A stretch of 64,000 nucleotides of DNA from Octopus sinensis (GCF_006345805.1 NC_043004.1:95666001-95730000), one strand, 5' to 3'. Shown: positions 39,876 through 53,655, numbered from the stretch's first letter. Translations and numbers: made by a program. The notes: generated from the letters alone by a model not told the origin.

Positions 39876-40224
39876 ATATATATGATGGGCTTTCTTCAGT
39901 TTCCATCTACCAAATCCACTCACATGGCTTTCTGAGGCTATAGAAAAAGACACTTGCTGAAGGTGCCACGTAGTGTGACTGAACCTGGAACCATGTGGTT
40001 GGGAAGCAAGCTTCTTACCTCACAGTCACACCTGTACCAATATAGCTAATAAAATTATACTTAATGCAACCTTATTAGATTTTTCTTAAATGAACAATCT
40101 CCAAGAGTAAAATTAATCTCTCTCCTTCTTGTAATATTTTTTTACCTTCATATTTATTGAGAAAGGTTTCGTTGATTTGAAGTTCTGAACTTTAATCGCC
40201 CAAAATGTACTTAAGGAGAACCAA

Positions 40225-40830
40225 CGAGCAATATTGATTTCAAATTTTGGCACAAGGCGAGCAATTTATGGGGAGGTGTAAATTGATTGCATCAACTCCA
40301 GAATTCAACTGGTACTTATATTATCAACCCTAAATGAATAGAGGGCACAGTTGATCTCAGCAGAATTTGAACTCAGAAATATGAAAATGGATGAAATGCA
40401 ACTCAGCATTTTGTCCAGTGTGCTAACGGTTCTGCCGTGTGGTAAGTAGCTTGTTTACTAACCACATGGTTCCGGGTTCAGTCCCACTGCGTGGCACCTT
40501 GGGTAAATGTCTTCTACTATAGTCTCGGGCCGACCAAAGCCTTGTGAGAGGATTTGGTAGACGGAAACTGAAAGAAGCCTATCGTATATATGTATATGTA
40601 TATATATATGTGTGTGTATGTGTGTTTGTGTGTCTGTGTTTGTCCCCCTAGCATTGCTTGACAACCAATGCTGGTGTGTTTATGTCCCCGTCACTTAGCG
40701 GTTCAGCAAAAGAGACCAATAGAATAAGTACTGGGCTTACAAAGAATAAGTCCCGGGGTCGAGTTGCTCGATTAAAGGTGGTGCTCCAGCATGGCTACAG
40801 TCAAAATGACTGAAACAAGTAAAAAGAAAA
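40225..40830. mobile_element. Head-to-head fusion of SINE B (minus, ~40225-40435) and SINE A (plus, ~40436-40830)
   Basis: …GTGCTAACGGTTCTGCC (reverse-complement B head) joins directly to GTGTGGTAAGTAGC (A head lacking its first bases). Confidence 0.75.
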
Positions 40831-41302
40831 AGAAAGAAAGAAACCATCTTAGAGCCAATGAGTAATATTAGTGATTCTATTGATAGTGTTCGTGTAGGTA
40901 ACTGGCCACAGGATCTAAATCAAATGTCTAAACTGGTGAAGGGAGATAAACTGAGTATAAAAACACACGGGCTTGTCTTCATTAAGGGTAGCAAGCTGAC
41001 AGAATCGTTAACATGTGAAGCAAAATGCTTGGTGGCATTTTGTCTCTGTCTTTACATTCTGAGTTCAAGTTCCACCAAAGTCAAATTTGCCTTTCATCCT
41101 TTTGGGAGTCGATGAAATAAGTACCAGTTACATACTGGGGTCGATGTGATTGACTAGCCCTCTCCCCCAAAGTTTCAGGCCTTGTGCCTGCCTATAGTAG
41201 AAAGGATTATTATATCTTCATTAATCATCATTGAAGACATGTCCCAATACACCAAATAATATACTATTGATCTTTAGAAAAATAGTATCTGACTTTTATA
41301 TT

Positions 41303-41535
41303 ACTCTTTTACTCTTTTACTCTTTTACTTGTTTCAGTCATTTTTGACTGCGGCCATGCTGGAGCACCACCTTTAATCGAGCAAATCGATCCCAGGACTC
41401 ATTCTTTGTAAGCCCAGTACTTATTCTATCGGTCTCTTTTTGCCGAACCGCTAAGTGACGGGGACGTAAACACACCAGCATCGGTTGTCAAGCAATGCAA
41501 GGGGGACAAACACACACACACAAACATACACACAA

Positions 41536-41580
<45 letters not shown>

Positions 41581-41812
41581 TACGACAGGCTTCTTTCAGT
41601 TTCCATCTACCAAATCCACTCACAAGGCATTGGTCGGCCTGGGGCCATAGCAGAAGACACTTGCCCAAGATGCCACGCAGTGGGACTGAACCCGGAACCA
41701 TGTGCTTGGTTAGCAAGCTACTTACCACACAGCCACTCCTGTGACTATGCTACTTACCACACAGCCACTCCTGCACCTATGCTACTTACCACTCAGCCAC
41801 TCCTGCGCCTAT
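41303..41812 (-). mobile_element. SINE family A with a triplicated 32-bp 5' end
   Basis: GCTACTTACCAC(A/T)CAGCCACTCCTG…TAT occurs at 41717, 41749 and 41781. Confidence 0.9.
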
Positions 41813-42521
41813 TGTTTAATTATTCTGTAAAACCAGTTCCTCACATCAACAACAACAACAAAAACAGGAACCATTGTTGAATAACCATTTATGAACTTGA
41901 TATCATTTATGATCTTGAGCAGTCTTATGAATTTATTTCTGAGCATTGCTATTGATATATTTTAAATTAGCTTTTCATAATGTTATTTGTTAACTTTATA
42001 CACTGTCTATCCTACTTTTAATTATCATTTTCAAATGAGATTTTCAGTCTCTTTAATATATGTGTAAGTAAGTTTTAACAAAATATTACTCTGTAGTCAG
42101 TGAGAAACCTTCATTTCAGAGAATAAGCAATATCTAACTAGACAGATAACTATCTAGGCATATTTTTGCCTCTATCAATCTCTCCTATCTATTTGTTTGT
42201 TGCTTATATCTGCTTGAACTATCTAGCTTGTTATCTATTTATCTGTGTATATATTCAGTTAACCATTTATGTCCATCAGCTATTTATATTAATAATTCTA
42301 ATTCTCCATGAGTGTAACTATTTGTATGGTTATACATTTATCTGTTTATCTGTATGTTGGCTATTCTTTTCAATTATATTTTGGTTTTAAGGATAGGCCT
42401 CATTGTAAAGTGACTTACAATACACTCACTATTTAACTATACAATATTTTAACAGAAAATCAAAATAAAAAAAAATAAAAAATAAAAATCGATCAACATG
42501 AATGGAAATTGTCTCTGTGAT

Positions 42522-42950
42522 ATCAGTGCTGGTGGCACATAAGAGAACCATCCGAACGTGGCCAGTGCCGCTCTGACTGGCCTCATGCCAGTGGCACATA
42601 AAAAGCACCATCCGATCGTGGCCGATCATGGCCGTTTGCCAGCCTCGCCTAGCCTCCGATCGTGGCCGTTTGCCAGCCTCGCCTAGCCTCCGTGCCGGTG
42701 GCACATAAAAAGCACCATCCAACCGTGGCCGTTTGCCAGCCTCGTCTGGCACCTGTGCTGGTGGCACGTAAAAAGCACCCACTACACTCATGGAGTGGTT
42801 GGCGTTAAGAAGGGCATCCAGCCGTAGAAACATTGCCAGATCAGACTGGGCCTGGTGCAGCCTTCTGGCTTCCCAGACCCCAGTTGCACCGTCCAACCCA
42901 TGCCAGCATGGAAAGCGGACGTTAAACGATGATGATAATGATGATGATGA
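42522..42950 (+). mobile_element. Family C repeat with an expanded internal tandem region
   Basis: Several GCCGTTTGCCAGCCTCG(C/T)C units, then GGCGTTAAGAAGGGCATCC…GGACGTTAAACGATGATG. Confidence 0.85.
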
Positions 42951-44465
42951 ATACCAGGCATTTCATAAGCTTTTGTTGCAGAAAATTACTCTTACCACTG
43001 TAATTGCTACTGAAGGCAACATGTCATAAACACATTGTTCTTGTTGAGCAACCAGTTACTGGCACCTTAAGATCAACCCACAGACCCAACATAAACTGTG
43101 GTTTATCAATTTTGGGTAAACTTCATGTTTTTGTCAACCACTTAAGCATTCCAATCCCTGATTTAAAGATGCTGTCTTAAGTAAAGATACTGTCTTAAGA
43201 TTAAGAAATGCAACCGTTTTTGGTTGTTTTTTTTTTTTGAAGTTCATGTGGTATTTGATTTCTACATTAAACAATTTACACAATTACACAGACATTCCTT
43301 CACTGACTCACATGAAAGAAGTAATTAGATACTGTTCTATGGGAGTTTATGTCATATGTTTCCAGAACATGCAATTATCATATTTTATTTCATGGTAGAT
43401 CTCATGCTATGATTTTGCGAAAAATTTTAATGGAAATGTTGACATATAAGACAATATCTGAATCCATAAAAATAATTGCTTATGAACAAATATCTATATG
43501 ATCATCTTATATACTGGATATCAAATCTAAACCTTTAAATTCAATTATGTATAATTTCATCAAATAAAAGGGCCTTCTTTGACAATAATGTACAGTGTGA
43601 ACCAATGATTAATAACAACTGAATAAAGTCAGTGAAACCTTAATGGGCCAACCACTAGAATTACAATACACAGAAATGAAGACCCATATAAACATAATAC
43701 ATAATTTTACTGATTTTCACAAAGACCTTTAAGACAATCATTGACTGTGACTTCTATATCTACATTACATTCTTCCTCAAAGTTTATTCCTTTGACCTTG
43801 TTGTGGTGGGAAGGTTAAATGAGTGAGTGTCAGAGCTATGCTATCAGAGATTTCAAGTCCCTGGCAGGGCCACCCAAGGCAGACAGATCTTATGCTGGCA
43901 GTGCTAGAGCCATAACCTGGCTAACTTATTTTATGTATATGTATGTATATACATTTATATGTGTGTGCCTTTGTCTGTGTTTGTCCATCTGCCATCGCTT
44001 GACAACCAATGTTGGTGTGTTTATGTCCCCATAACTTAGTGGTTCGGTAAAAGTGACTGATAGAATAAGTACTTGGCTTATAAGAGAATAAGTGCCGAGA
44101 ATAAGTGCCGGGTGTAAAAGAATAAGAGAATAAAAAAAAAAACAAGTGGAAGGCAGAGGGAATAGTAACTCATGCTTCAGGTTCCAAGAGAATAAAACTA
44201 TCCACTCAACCACTTACAAATCCCATTCTCATCTTGCTAAGTGTTGAATAAACAGAAAGAATTCTTTATCTCCCTACCATTCTTTAATGGTCAATATATG
44301 TACATGGGGTTGCAGACTTCCTAATACAACAATAAACCTCTGTTCACCTTGCCGTTAATGGAATTTCTTCTCAGTGGCATCAATGCTAACCTTTTGTAGG
44401 AACAGAAAGCTAACACTATCAACCCGTTTTATTGCCAACAATTTAAAAATAACAATAAAGACAAT

Positions 44466-44473
<8 letters not shown>

Positions 44474-44509
<36 letters not shown>

Positions 44510-44610
44510 CACCACCACCACCACCACCACCACCACCACTACTACTACTACTATTAACAACAACAACAACAACAATAATAATGATGATGATGATGACGAT
44601 GATGATGATG

Positions 44611-44648
<38 letters not shown>

Positions 44649-44863
44649 AATGATAATAAATTAACAACAACAAAAATAACAACAATAGCAACAATAACGA
44701 TAACGATGATGATGATGATGATGATGATAAGAAGAAGAAGAAAGAAAAAGATGAAGAAGAGTGATAATAATAATAATATCTATTATTATTATTATTATCG
44801 TCGTCATCGTCATCATCATCATCATCATCATTGTTATTGTTATTGTTATTGTTATTATTATTA

Positions 44864-44900
<37 letters not shown>

Positions 44901-44962
44901 CGTCGTCGTCATCATCATCATCATCATCATCATTATTATTATTATTGTTATTGTTATTATTA

Positions 44963-44993
<31 letters not shown>

Positions 44994-45070
44994 CGTCGTC
45001 GTCTTCATCATCATCACCATCATCATCATTATTATTGTTATTGTTATTATTATTATTATTATTATTGTTA

Positions 45071-45107
<37 letters not shown>

Positions 45108-45135
45108 CATCATCGTCGTCATCATCATCTTTATT

Positions 45136-45166
<31 letters not shown>

Positions 45167-45184
45167 TTATTATTATTATTATTA

Positions 45185-45224
<40 letters not shown>

Positions 45225-45271
45225 CGTCGTCGTCGTCATCATCATCACCATCATCATCATTATTATTGTTA

Positions 45272-45305
<34 letters not shown>

Positions 45306-45425
45306 CATTATTATTATTATTATTATTTATTATTATTATTATTATTATCGTCGTCGTCGTCATCATCATCACCATCATCATCATTATTATTGTTATTGTT
45401 ATTATTATTATTATTATTATTGTTA

Positions 45426-45495
<70 letters not shown>

Positions 45496-45566
45496 CGTCG
45501 TCGTCGTCGTCATCATCATCATTGTTATTGTTGTTGTTATTGTTGTTGTTATTGTTATTGCTATTG

Positions 45567-45604
<38 letters not shown>

Positions 45605-45620
45605 TATTATTATTATTATT
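44474..45620. repeat. Compound trinucleotide satellite with a ~100-130-bp higher-order unit
   Basis: The block (ATT)n-ATCGTCGTC-(ATC)n-ATTATTGTTATTGTT-(ATT)n recurs about six to seven times from ~44785. Confidence 0.9.
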
Positions 45621-46074
45621 TTGATTTCAGATTGGGATAAAGAATGGCTTTTCATGACTTCGAAAAATCATCCAATAAATGTGTGTAGCTGTTCTCTCTT
45701 CAATGACAATTCCTACCGATTTGTTAAGATTAATAAACTTTGTTATTCTCCTCAATATGCTCTTTCTATGAAAGATTTCTTATCAATTAGTGCCTTGCCT
45801 GCTTGCTTGCTTTATCTTATTATGTTATTAACAGATTGCTGTGTGGCTGGCCAAATGTCTTTGTAAAAGCCACGCCGGACAGTCATAGAAATGCTATAAT
45901 TTGATTGGTTGGATTTTAGTTGGCATCTGATGAAAGTTAGTTAGATTCATTGGAAAAGCATCCAGAAACATCATCCTCAAGAGCTTTGACAAAATGTATC
46001 TGTCTGTTGTATGTATGTGTGCATGTAGATATTTAGCGTGTGTGTGTGTGTGTGTGTGTGTGCATGTAGATATC

Positions 46075-46106
<32 letters not shown>

Positions 46107-46289
46107 AATCTATGTGTGTGTGTGGTAATTTCTTTTGTTCTCCTGAAGATAGAAGAGAGCGAGATTTATCATGTGACTTAAGGGAGAAGAAAGGTTGATG
46201 TCTTAAAGCAATTGCCTTTGAATCATCAATGCCGACGGGGATGCTGCCAACATTTGCTGACATGACTGAGGTTTTGTGGTTGCTGCTGC

Positions 46290-47203
46290 TGCAGTCGTCA
46301 GAGTTGTCATCGTAGTCGTCGCCTTCATCGTCAACATCATCATCATTATCATCATCATCATCATCGTCGTCGTCGTCATCATCGTCGTCGTTGTCGTTGT
46401 CATCATCATCATCACTGCTGCCAACATCAGTGGTAGCAGCATCACCACCACCATCATCAGCATTACCATCATCATCATCATTATCATCACCACCACCACC
46501 AACATTAACAACAGCATTACCACCATCACCGCCAGCACCAGCACCACTACCATCATCATCATCATCATCATTACCATCATCACTACTGCCAACATCAACA
46601 ATAGCAGCATCATCACCACCACCAACATCAACACCCTCACCACCACCACCATCACCACCACCACCAACATCAACAATAGTAGCTTCACCACCACTACCAC
46701 CACCATCACCACCACCATCATCATCACCATCATCATCATCATTATCATCATCACCACCACCATCACCACCACCATCAACATCAACAGCAGCATCACCACC
46801 ATCACCGCCAGTACCAGTAGCACAACCATCATCATCATCATCATCATCATTACCATCATCACTACTGCCAACATCAACAACACCCTCACCCCCACCACCA
46901 CCGCCAACATCATCACCATCATCATCATCATCATCACCAACATTAACAACAGCATTACCACCATCACCACCAGCACCAGCACTAATACCATGATCATCAT
47001 CATCATTATTACCATCATCACTACTGCCAACATCAACAAGAGCAGCAGCATCACCACCACCACCACTATCGTCATCATCATTATCATCATCATCACCACC
47101 ACCAATATTAACAACACCCTCACCACCACCAACAACATCAACAACATGAACAATAGCAGCTTCACTACTACCACCACCACCATCATCAGCTTCATCATCA
47201 TCA
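46290..47203. repeat. Compound (CAT/CAC/CAA/CAG)n tract with recurrent cassettes
   Basis: CACT(A/G)CTGCCAACATCA and AACATTAACAACAGCATTACCACCATCACC each recur several times. Confidence 0.9.
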
Positions 47204-47444
47204 TATATTTTCCCTATGTTCTAATATTAAACAAAGCATTTCCCTCTCTTTCTAACCTCAGTGTTTTACACCATTTCTTTTATTCTCCTGAAGACAGAAG
47301 AGAGCGAATTATAAATACTTACTATAGATGCACAGAAGTCACAACAAGAAAGAGTTATTTCCATAATTAACTCCCCTTTGGCTTGCAGATAAGACCCACA
47401 ATGGAGTCTTGTTCTCACAGCAGGGATGGTGCTATAGATGCATA

Positions 47445-47676
47445 AGGCGGCGAGCTGGCAGAAACGTTAGCGCGCCGGGCGAAATGCTTAGCGGTATTTC
47501 ATATGCAGCTACTTTCTGAGTTCAAATTCCGCCGAGGTCGACATTGCCTTTCATCCCTTCGGGATCGATAAATTAAGTACCAGTTACGCACTGGGGTCGA
47601 TGTAATAGACTTAATCCATTTGTCAGTCCTTGTTTGTCCCCTCTATATTTAGCCCCTTGTGGGTAGTAAAGAAATA
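47445..47676 (+). mobile_element. SINE family B, tail type i, with 12-bp TSD
   Basis: TATAGATGCATA at 47433-47444 and 47677-47688; head GGCGGCGAGCTGGCAGAAACG, B-box GAGTTCAAATTC. Confidence 0.92.
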
Positions 47677-49069
47677 TATAGATGCATACACAGACAACTT
47701 AGACCCTATCTAGGAAAAGACTATCCAACTGATTGGCATAAAGCCACTCGCAGACACATTCTAGCCTCCAGCTGTTACTATAATGGCCTCTACTTTTTGG
47801 TGTTAGCAGGGATCATACCAACTGCATTCAGGCATTTCTGTACTACTTTCCTCTTCTTTGATCCCATTTGTTTTTATTCTACCACAAATCCTGCACTAAT
47901 TGCTATGGCCAATCCTTCCTACTCATAATTTTGGTCCTCTGATGTCTCTGTTGTGAATCCCATAAGATTTGAAAATCAGTTAAGATTGTTCATCGTCTCC
48001 ATCCAACCCATGCCAGCATGAAAAATGGACATTAAATGATGATGATGATGATGATGATATCTTTCATACATGAGTTGACTTTAAAATGTCTAAGAGAATC
48101 ATTGATGGTGCCAACCTCATCGATTTAAGTTGGTCTGCAAAGGCCATGGGCATTGTCCCTTTCTCCAAACTCCGCAAACACACAAAATAAGACAAAATTC
48201 ATTCATCACCAACCTACCCTCAATTTATTACATTGCCAATCTTATATCCCACTCTGGAATAAAGTATAATATACCAATTAATCAAGGAGATCAGAGCTGT
48301 GACCTAAGAGCTCCAGTATTGTTAGATACTACTCAAAAATGAAAGCTGCTACTACTGGGATTTATATTTGTCTAGTAGATTCTGTAGAGTCGAATGAATA
48401 AGAGAGCAATTTAGATTTGGATAACATGTTAGTCTTTCACATAGTTTTGTTTAATATAGGATGGCATATATTTTTTACGAACAGGTCTTGATATTTGATG
48501 TATAAACATCATCTCTCTGACAAGCAGACAAAATATAAGAGAAAAATGGCTTAGTTATTCTGTAATAAATTGACATACAGCGGCTTAAAGCAAGTTTTTT
48601 TTTTTAAATGAACATACAGCGATATAACAAAAATTGCATGAGACAACGAAGGTGATCTCTCTTTGGTAGAAATAGCAAGGTTTTCCTAAATTTCTCCCTA
48701 CCGTCTTTGAAAGGGAACACATACAATGGATAATGAAGATTTGGTTGGTTACACAATGACTAAAAAAGATATTTTGTTATAACTTTCCATGATTTGTGAG
48801 GACACATGGCTTAGTGGTTTGGGTGTTACACACACAATTGTGAGATTGTGGTTTCATTTCCTAAACACTTCATTTTACATTACTCTGAGAATACTTTGAC
48901 ATCTGACATGTTGTACACCATGCATCGGTTCATGCAACATCGATTTGATGGAGGCAGTGAGCTTGTACAGAAGATACATTTGATCACTGCATTTGTGCAG
49001 GCCATTCAGTAAAAATCTGAACATTCATATGTCGTCTTCGTTGGAAGAGTTCAGCATCATCATTATAAT

Positions 49070-49850
49070 CATTATTTTTAATTTTTAACCTACATGTTTG
49101 TTACAGTCACTTGCCAAGACATACCCAGCATCCTGGGGCAAGTGAAGAATATATGACTGAAAGATTGGACAGAGGAAGTATCGAAATATCTTCATGTAAT
49201 ACAGCACAAACATTTAAAGGGCTGGGGTTTTTCTAAGGATATGGGCAGTAGTTGTCAGTACAATCATTTGGATTTCTCTGAGACATGGTTCTCCTGAGAT
49301 TTTATCTAGATGTTTCTGACATCCCATTTTTATCATACCTAAGGCACCAACAATAACAGGAACAGTTCTCATTTTAAGATGACACATCTTTTATATTTCA
49401 ATTTCCAGGTCCTTATAGTCGCTTAGTTTGTAAAATTCCTTGACAGATATATTTTTAAGTGGGAACACTTACATCTGTTAGTCAACAAGTATTTTCTTCT
49501 CTGTCTTTAATAATTATGCCTGGTGGATTAGCCTAGATTGTTCTGTCAGTGTTGACTGGAAAATCCCAGAGGATAGTGACATTTTTGCCTTCAATGACTG
49601 GCTCAGGATTATGTTCATACCAGTAAGCAGGAGAGCTGATTTTGTAGTGTTTACATATTTTGCAATGTAAATACTGTCCTACCCTATTGTGGTGATTTTT
49701 GTATTCATTTGATGTCAGCACAGGACATCTTGAGACAAGATGGTCTATTGTTTCGTCAAATGTGTCACAGAATCTGCATTTAGTGTCAGAACAGTTTTGA
49801 AGAACGTTAGCCTGGTATCTGCATTTAGAGTCAGAACCATTTTGAAGAAT
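49070..49850 (-). mobile_element. Older R4/Dong-type retrotransposon 3' fragment
   Basis: CRFCDTFDETIDHLVSRC (CCHC), YKNHHNRVG and TILWDFPVNTDRTI lead into a decayed PD..D REL motif and a GALG tail. The 5' break lies in an (AAT)n tract. Confidence 0.85.
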
Positions 49851-49877
49851 ATTATTATTATTATTATTATTATTATT

Positions 49878-50415
49878 GAGTGAGAGAGCAGTGCATGCCA
49901 TCAAAGTGACACTGGGGTAAAATATACGAAGCCCAATATACCCATCATGACTACCCGTCTGATAAGGGTACACCAGGCACATGCATCACAACCATATGTG
50001 TGCGACATGGTGATCTCATATCAAGATAAACAGTGCATGACCTTGCAGGTGGGGCCCAGTTAGAATTTTCTTCTGATCGAGTACCCATCCCACTCAAAAG
50101 GTCCCTGAATAAGGGTTGTTTAAGGATGCTGAATGAACCACCCATGTTTCCAGAGGTTAATTATCCAAACCTCTATGAATTCCCTTCAACACACGGCCAT
50201 AATACTCCCCCACTACTTCTGCTTGTGATCAGTGATACACATATCATCAGCCACTAAGGGACATGGTCAAACAACTGACATGCAAATCTGTGGTATTGAG
50301 CAGAATATTTGCTGTAGCCCTTCTTTTATACCAAGACAAAACAATGTACATGATAACACTTCCAATCAGTTAAGATCAGAAGCCATGAGAGCCACTGCCT
50401 GGTACTGCATTAGAT
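49878..50415 (-). mobile_element. Family F copy 4
   Basis: (ATT)n-GAGTGAGAGAGCAGTGCATGCC…GCCACTGCCTGGTACTGCAT-(ATT)n. Confidence 0.88.
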
Positions 50416-50450
50416 CAGTTATTATCATCATTATTATTATTATTATTATT

Positions 50451-52026
50451 CAGTAGTTTTATATTTATAGCGTGCTTTCACTTCACTACCGAGCGCAGCT
50501 CTGTGTGCCTTGGGTATGTGCTGTGATTTGTTGTGATGCTCTGATGGTTATTGTATGGAAAGTGTTCTGCGTAGGATGTGTGCAGTGCCTAGTAGTGCAA
50601 TTTTCTGTATGTTATATGTGTTTGTAAGTCCTGGTGTTTTTGTTATGTATTTGTCTGAATATTTTTTTATCATGCCTAATGCACCTACTATGATAGGAAT
50701 TGTTTCTGTTTTCAGATTCCACATTCTAGTTACCTCTATTTCCAGGTCTTTGTATTTTGAGAGTTTCTCCATTTCTTTTAGAGACACGTTGTTATCTGCC
50801 GGTATTGATACATCAATTAGAAAGCATTTTTTTTCTTCATGATCTCTGACAACTATATCTGGTCTGTTGGCCTTAATTTCTCTATCTGTGTGTATCGGCA
50901 TATCCCAGAGTATGGTTGCTTTCTCGTTTTCTGTGACCTTTTCTGGTGTGTGCCTATACCATCTTTTTTCTGTTGTTATTCCATAATGTTGGCATAGCTT
51001 CCAATGTATGTAGGTTCCAACTCTGTCATGTCTGTGAATATATTCCTTCTTAGCCAGGACTGGGCAGCTAGAGATAATATGATTTATTGTTTCTTGTCCA
51101 TCTCCACATATTCTGCAGTTACTTGTAATATTTCTTTTCATTACATGTTTTTGGTAATTTCTGGTGGGGAGGCTTTGGTCTTGTGCTGCAATTAAAAATC
51201 CCTCTGTTTCTGCTTTGAGTCCTGAGCTTCTCAACCATTGCTGGGATTTTTCTTTGTCTATTTCTTTTGCGTTTAGTTTAGTGCAGTATTTACCATGAAG
51301 GGGCTTTTCTTGCCATCGTTTTATCATGGTTCGTTGCTGTTCTATTTTTAGTTTGGATTTCATTTGTTTTATAGCTTTTGTTGTTTCTTCATCATCTTCT
51401 TCTTCTTCTTCGTGTTTATTAGGTGGTATGATTTCTTGTTTGTATTTGTCAGCTTCCTTAAATACTGAGAACAGTTTTTTGTTTTGCTCGTGTTTTGCTG
51501 CTATCTGGATCAGTTTTCCTTCCTTCTGAAGTAGGTATTTTTGCAGTCCTATGGTGGTTATTTTATAGTAGTTTTCCAGCTGTATAAGGCCTCTACCACC
51601 TTCTATACGTTGTATATATAGTCTTTCTATGTCAGATTTTGGGTGATGCATCCTAGATCCTGTCAGTATTTTTCTTGTTTTCCTATCTATTTTGGACAGT
51701 TCATTTCGTGTCCAGTTAAGGATATTGTAGCTGTAACTTATAACTGGGACAGCTAAAGTGTTGATACCTATTATCTTTTTTTTAGCATTGAGCTCTGTTT
51801 TTAGTATTGATCTAACTCGTCTATAATATTCTTTTTTTATTTTCTCTTTCATTTGTGTGTGTTGTGTCTTATCTAGTTCATGGATTCCTAAGTATTTGTA
51901 AGTTTGGCTTTGGTCTAATTCTTTTATTTCATTGGTTTTATCTAGTGTGATGTTGTTACTCTTAACTAGTTTTCCTCTTTTCATGGTTACTTTGGCGCAT
52001 TTTTCTAATCCAAATTTCATATCTAT
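50451..52026 (-). mobile_element. 5'-truncated R4/Dong-clade non-LTR retrotransposon (RT C-terminus, CCHC finger, restriction-like endonuclease), ORF uninterrupted
   Basis: About 490 codons without a stop: MKFGLEKC, YKYLGI, CRICGDGQETINHIISSC, RHDRVG, RPDIVV…LIDVSIP…KLSKYKDL, PIIVGALG. A ~100-nt 3' UTR follows; both ends sit in (AAT)n. Confidence 0.95.
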
Positions 52027-52046
52027 TATTATTATTATTATTATTA

Positions 52047-52080
<34 letters not shown>

Positions 52081-52300
52081 AGGTGGCATGCTGGCAGAAT
52101 TGTTAGCACACCAGGCAAAATGCTTAACAGCATTTCATCCATCTTTACGTTTTGAGTTCAAATTCCACCAAGTACCAGTTGAAAACTGGGGTCAATGTAA
52201 TCGACTCATCCCCTCCCCCAAAATTGCTGCCCTTGTGACAAAATTTGAAACTATTTATATTATCATTGTTGCTGTTGTTATTGTTATTATTATTATTATT

Positions 52301-52356
<56 letters not shown>

Positions 52357-52628
52357 AACTATTATTATCGTTAAGTTGGTAAGCTGGCAGAGTTGTTAGC
52401 ATGCTGGACAAAATGCTTAGTGACATTTTGAATGTGTCTTCATATTTTGAGTTCAAATTCTGCTGTGGTTGGCTTTTCTTTTCATTCTTAAATTAAGTAC
52501 CATTTGAACACTGGGGCTGATGTAGTCAACTTAACTCTTCCCCAAAATTTCAGACCTTGTGCCTATGGTAGAAAGAATTATTATTTTCATTATTGTTGTT
52601 GTTGTTATTATTATTATTATTATTATTA

Positions 52629-52663
<35 letters not shown>

Positions 52664-52693
52664 ATTATATATTATTATTATTATTATTATTAA

Positions 52694-52740
<47 letters not shown>

Positions 52741-52744
52741 TATT

Positions 52745-53085
52745 ATTTTCATTAGCATCTTTTTTCAATTCTGTTTCCATTTCTTGCCAAGTGTCCTCCT
52801 GACACCAAGGGCAGAGAAACGTATTGTATACATTGGTAGGCCATTAAAACAAACACACCGGATTGTTTATTTACAGAGTCATGTAACAGAGAAAAAGGGG
52901 AAGACAGAGAGGAAAAGGTAAAAAAATAAAAAATGGAAAAGTAAACAAATAAAATAAAGGGGGAAAATGAAAGAAAATTCACAGCGACAACACTCTTCTC
53001 AATACGTGTAACATACCAGTTAAGACAAATCTTTTGTACCTCCTGCGTGGATGGTAAGCCAGGCATCATTCTTAAATATTATTAT
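52745..53085 (-). mobile_element. Third R4/Dong-type 3' end remnant
   Basis: MPGLPSTQEVQKIC, then after a frameshift LTGMLHVLRRVLSL*, matching the C-terminus of the 50548 ORF; the 3' UTR ends in (AAT)n. Confidence 0.65.
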
Positions 53086-53351
53086 TATAAATGGACCAAT
53101 TCTGAGGTTTCGTCTGTAATTGAAAAAGGTATTATAAAAGGAGAAAGGGGCTCTCTACCCACCTTTTGACCAGGCTCCCGTTGGCTTTTATGGGTTTTTC
53201 CACCAGGAACCTTTTCGTAACGTCTCCTTCCTATTGGGAGTTTTTTCGTTGTTATATTATTTTATTGTTACACTGTTTTTACACAATTTTTTCACAAACA
53301 GACAAAACCTTTTATAACCTTTCATCCTGTTTTGTCCCTTTATGTTTGGCT

Positions 53352-53613
53352 GGCTTCCGTGCCGGTGGCACGTTAAAAGCACCAACCGATCGTGGCCGAT
53401 GCTGGACTCCCCTGGCACCTGTGCAGGTGGCACGTAAAAAGCACCCACTACACTCGCGGAGTGGTTGGCGTTAGGAAGGGCATCCAGCTGTAGAAACACT
53501 GCCAGATCAGACTGGAGCTTGGTGCAGCACCCGGCTTCCCAGACCCCAGTCGAACCGTCCAACCCGTGCTAGCGCGGAAAACGGACGTTAAACGGTGATG
53601 ATGATGATGATGA
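53352..53613 (+). mobile_element. Family C repeat
   Basis: GGTTGGCGTTAGGAAGGGCATCC…GGACGTTAAACGGTGATGATG. Confidence 0.85.
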
Positions 53614-53655
53614 TGAATCATGTTTGTCAGCCCTTGTGGCCAATAAAAAGAATTA

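Noticed and set aside
45925-45985. CTGATGA…GAAA resembling a hammerhead
   Set aside because: No convincing stem I, II or III pairing.
44626-47370. Long poly-I/T/N/M/V/L ORFs
   Set aside because: Trinucleotide satellite translations, open in several frames on both strands.
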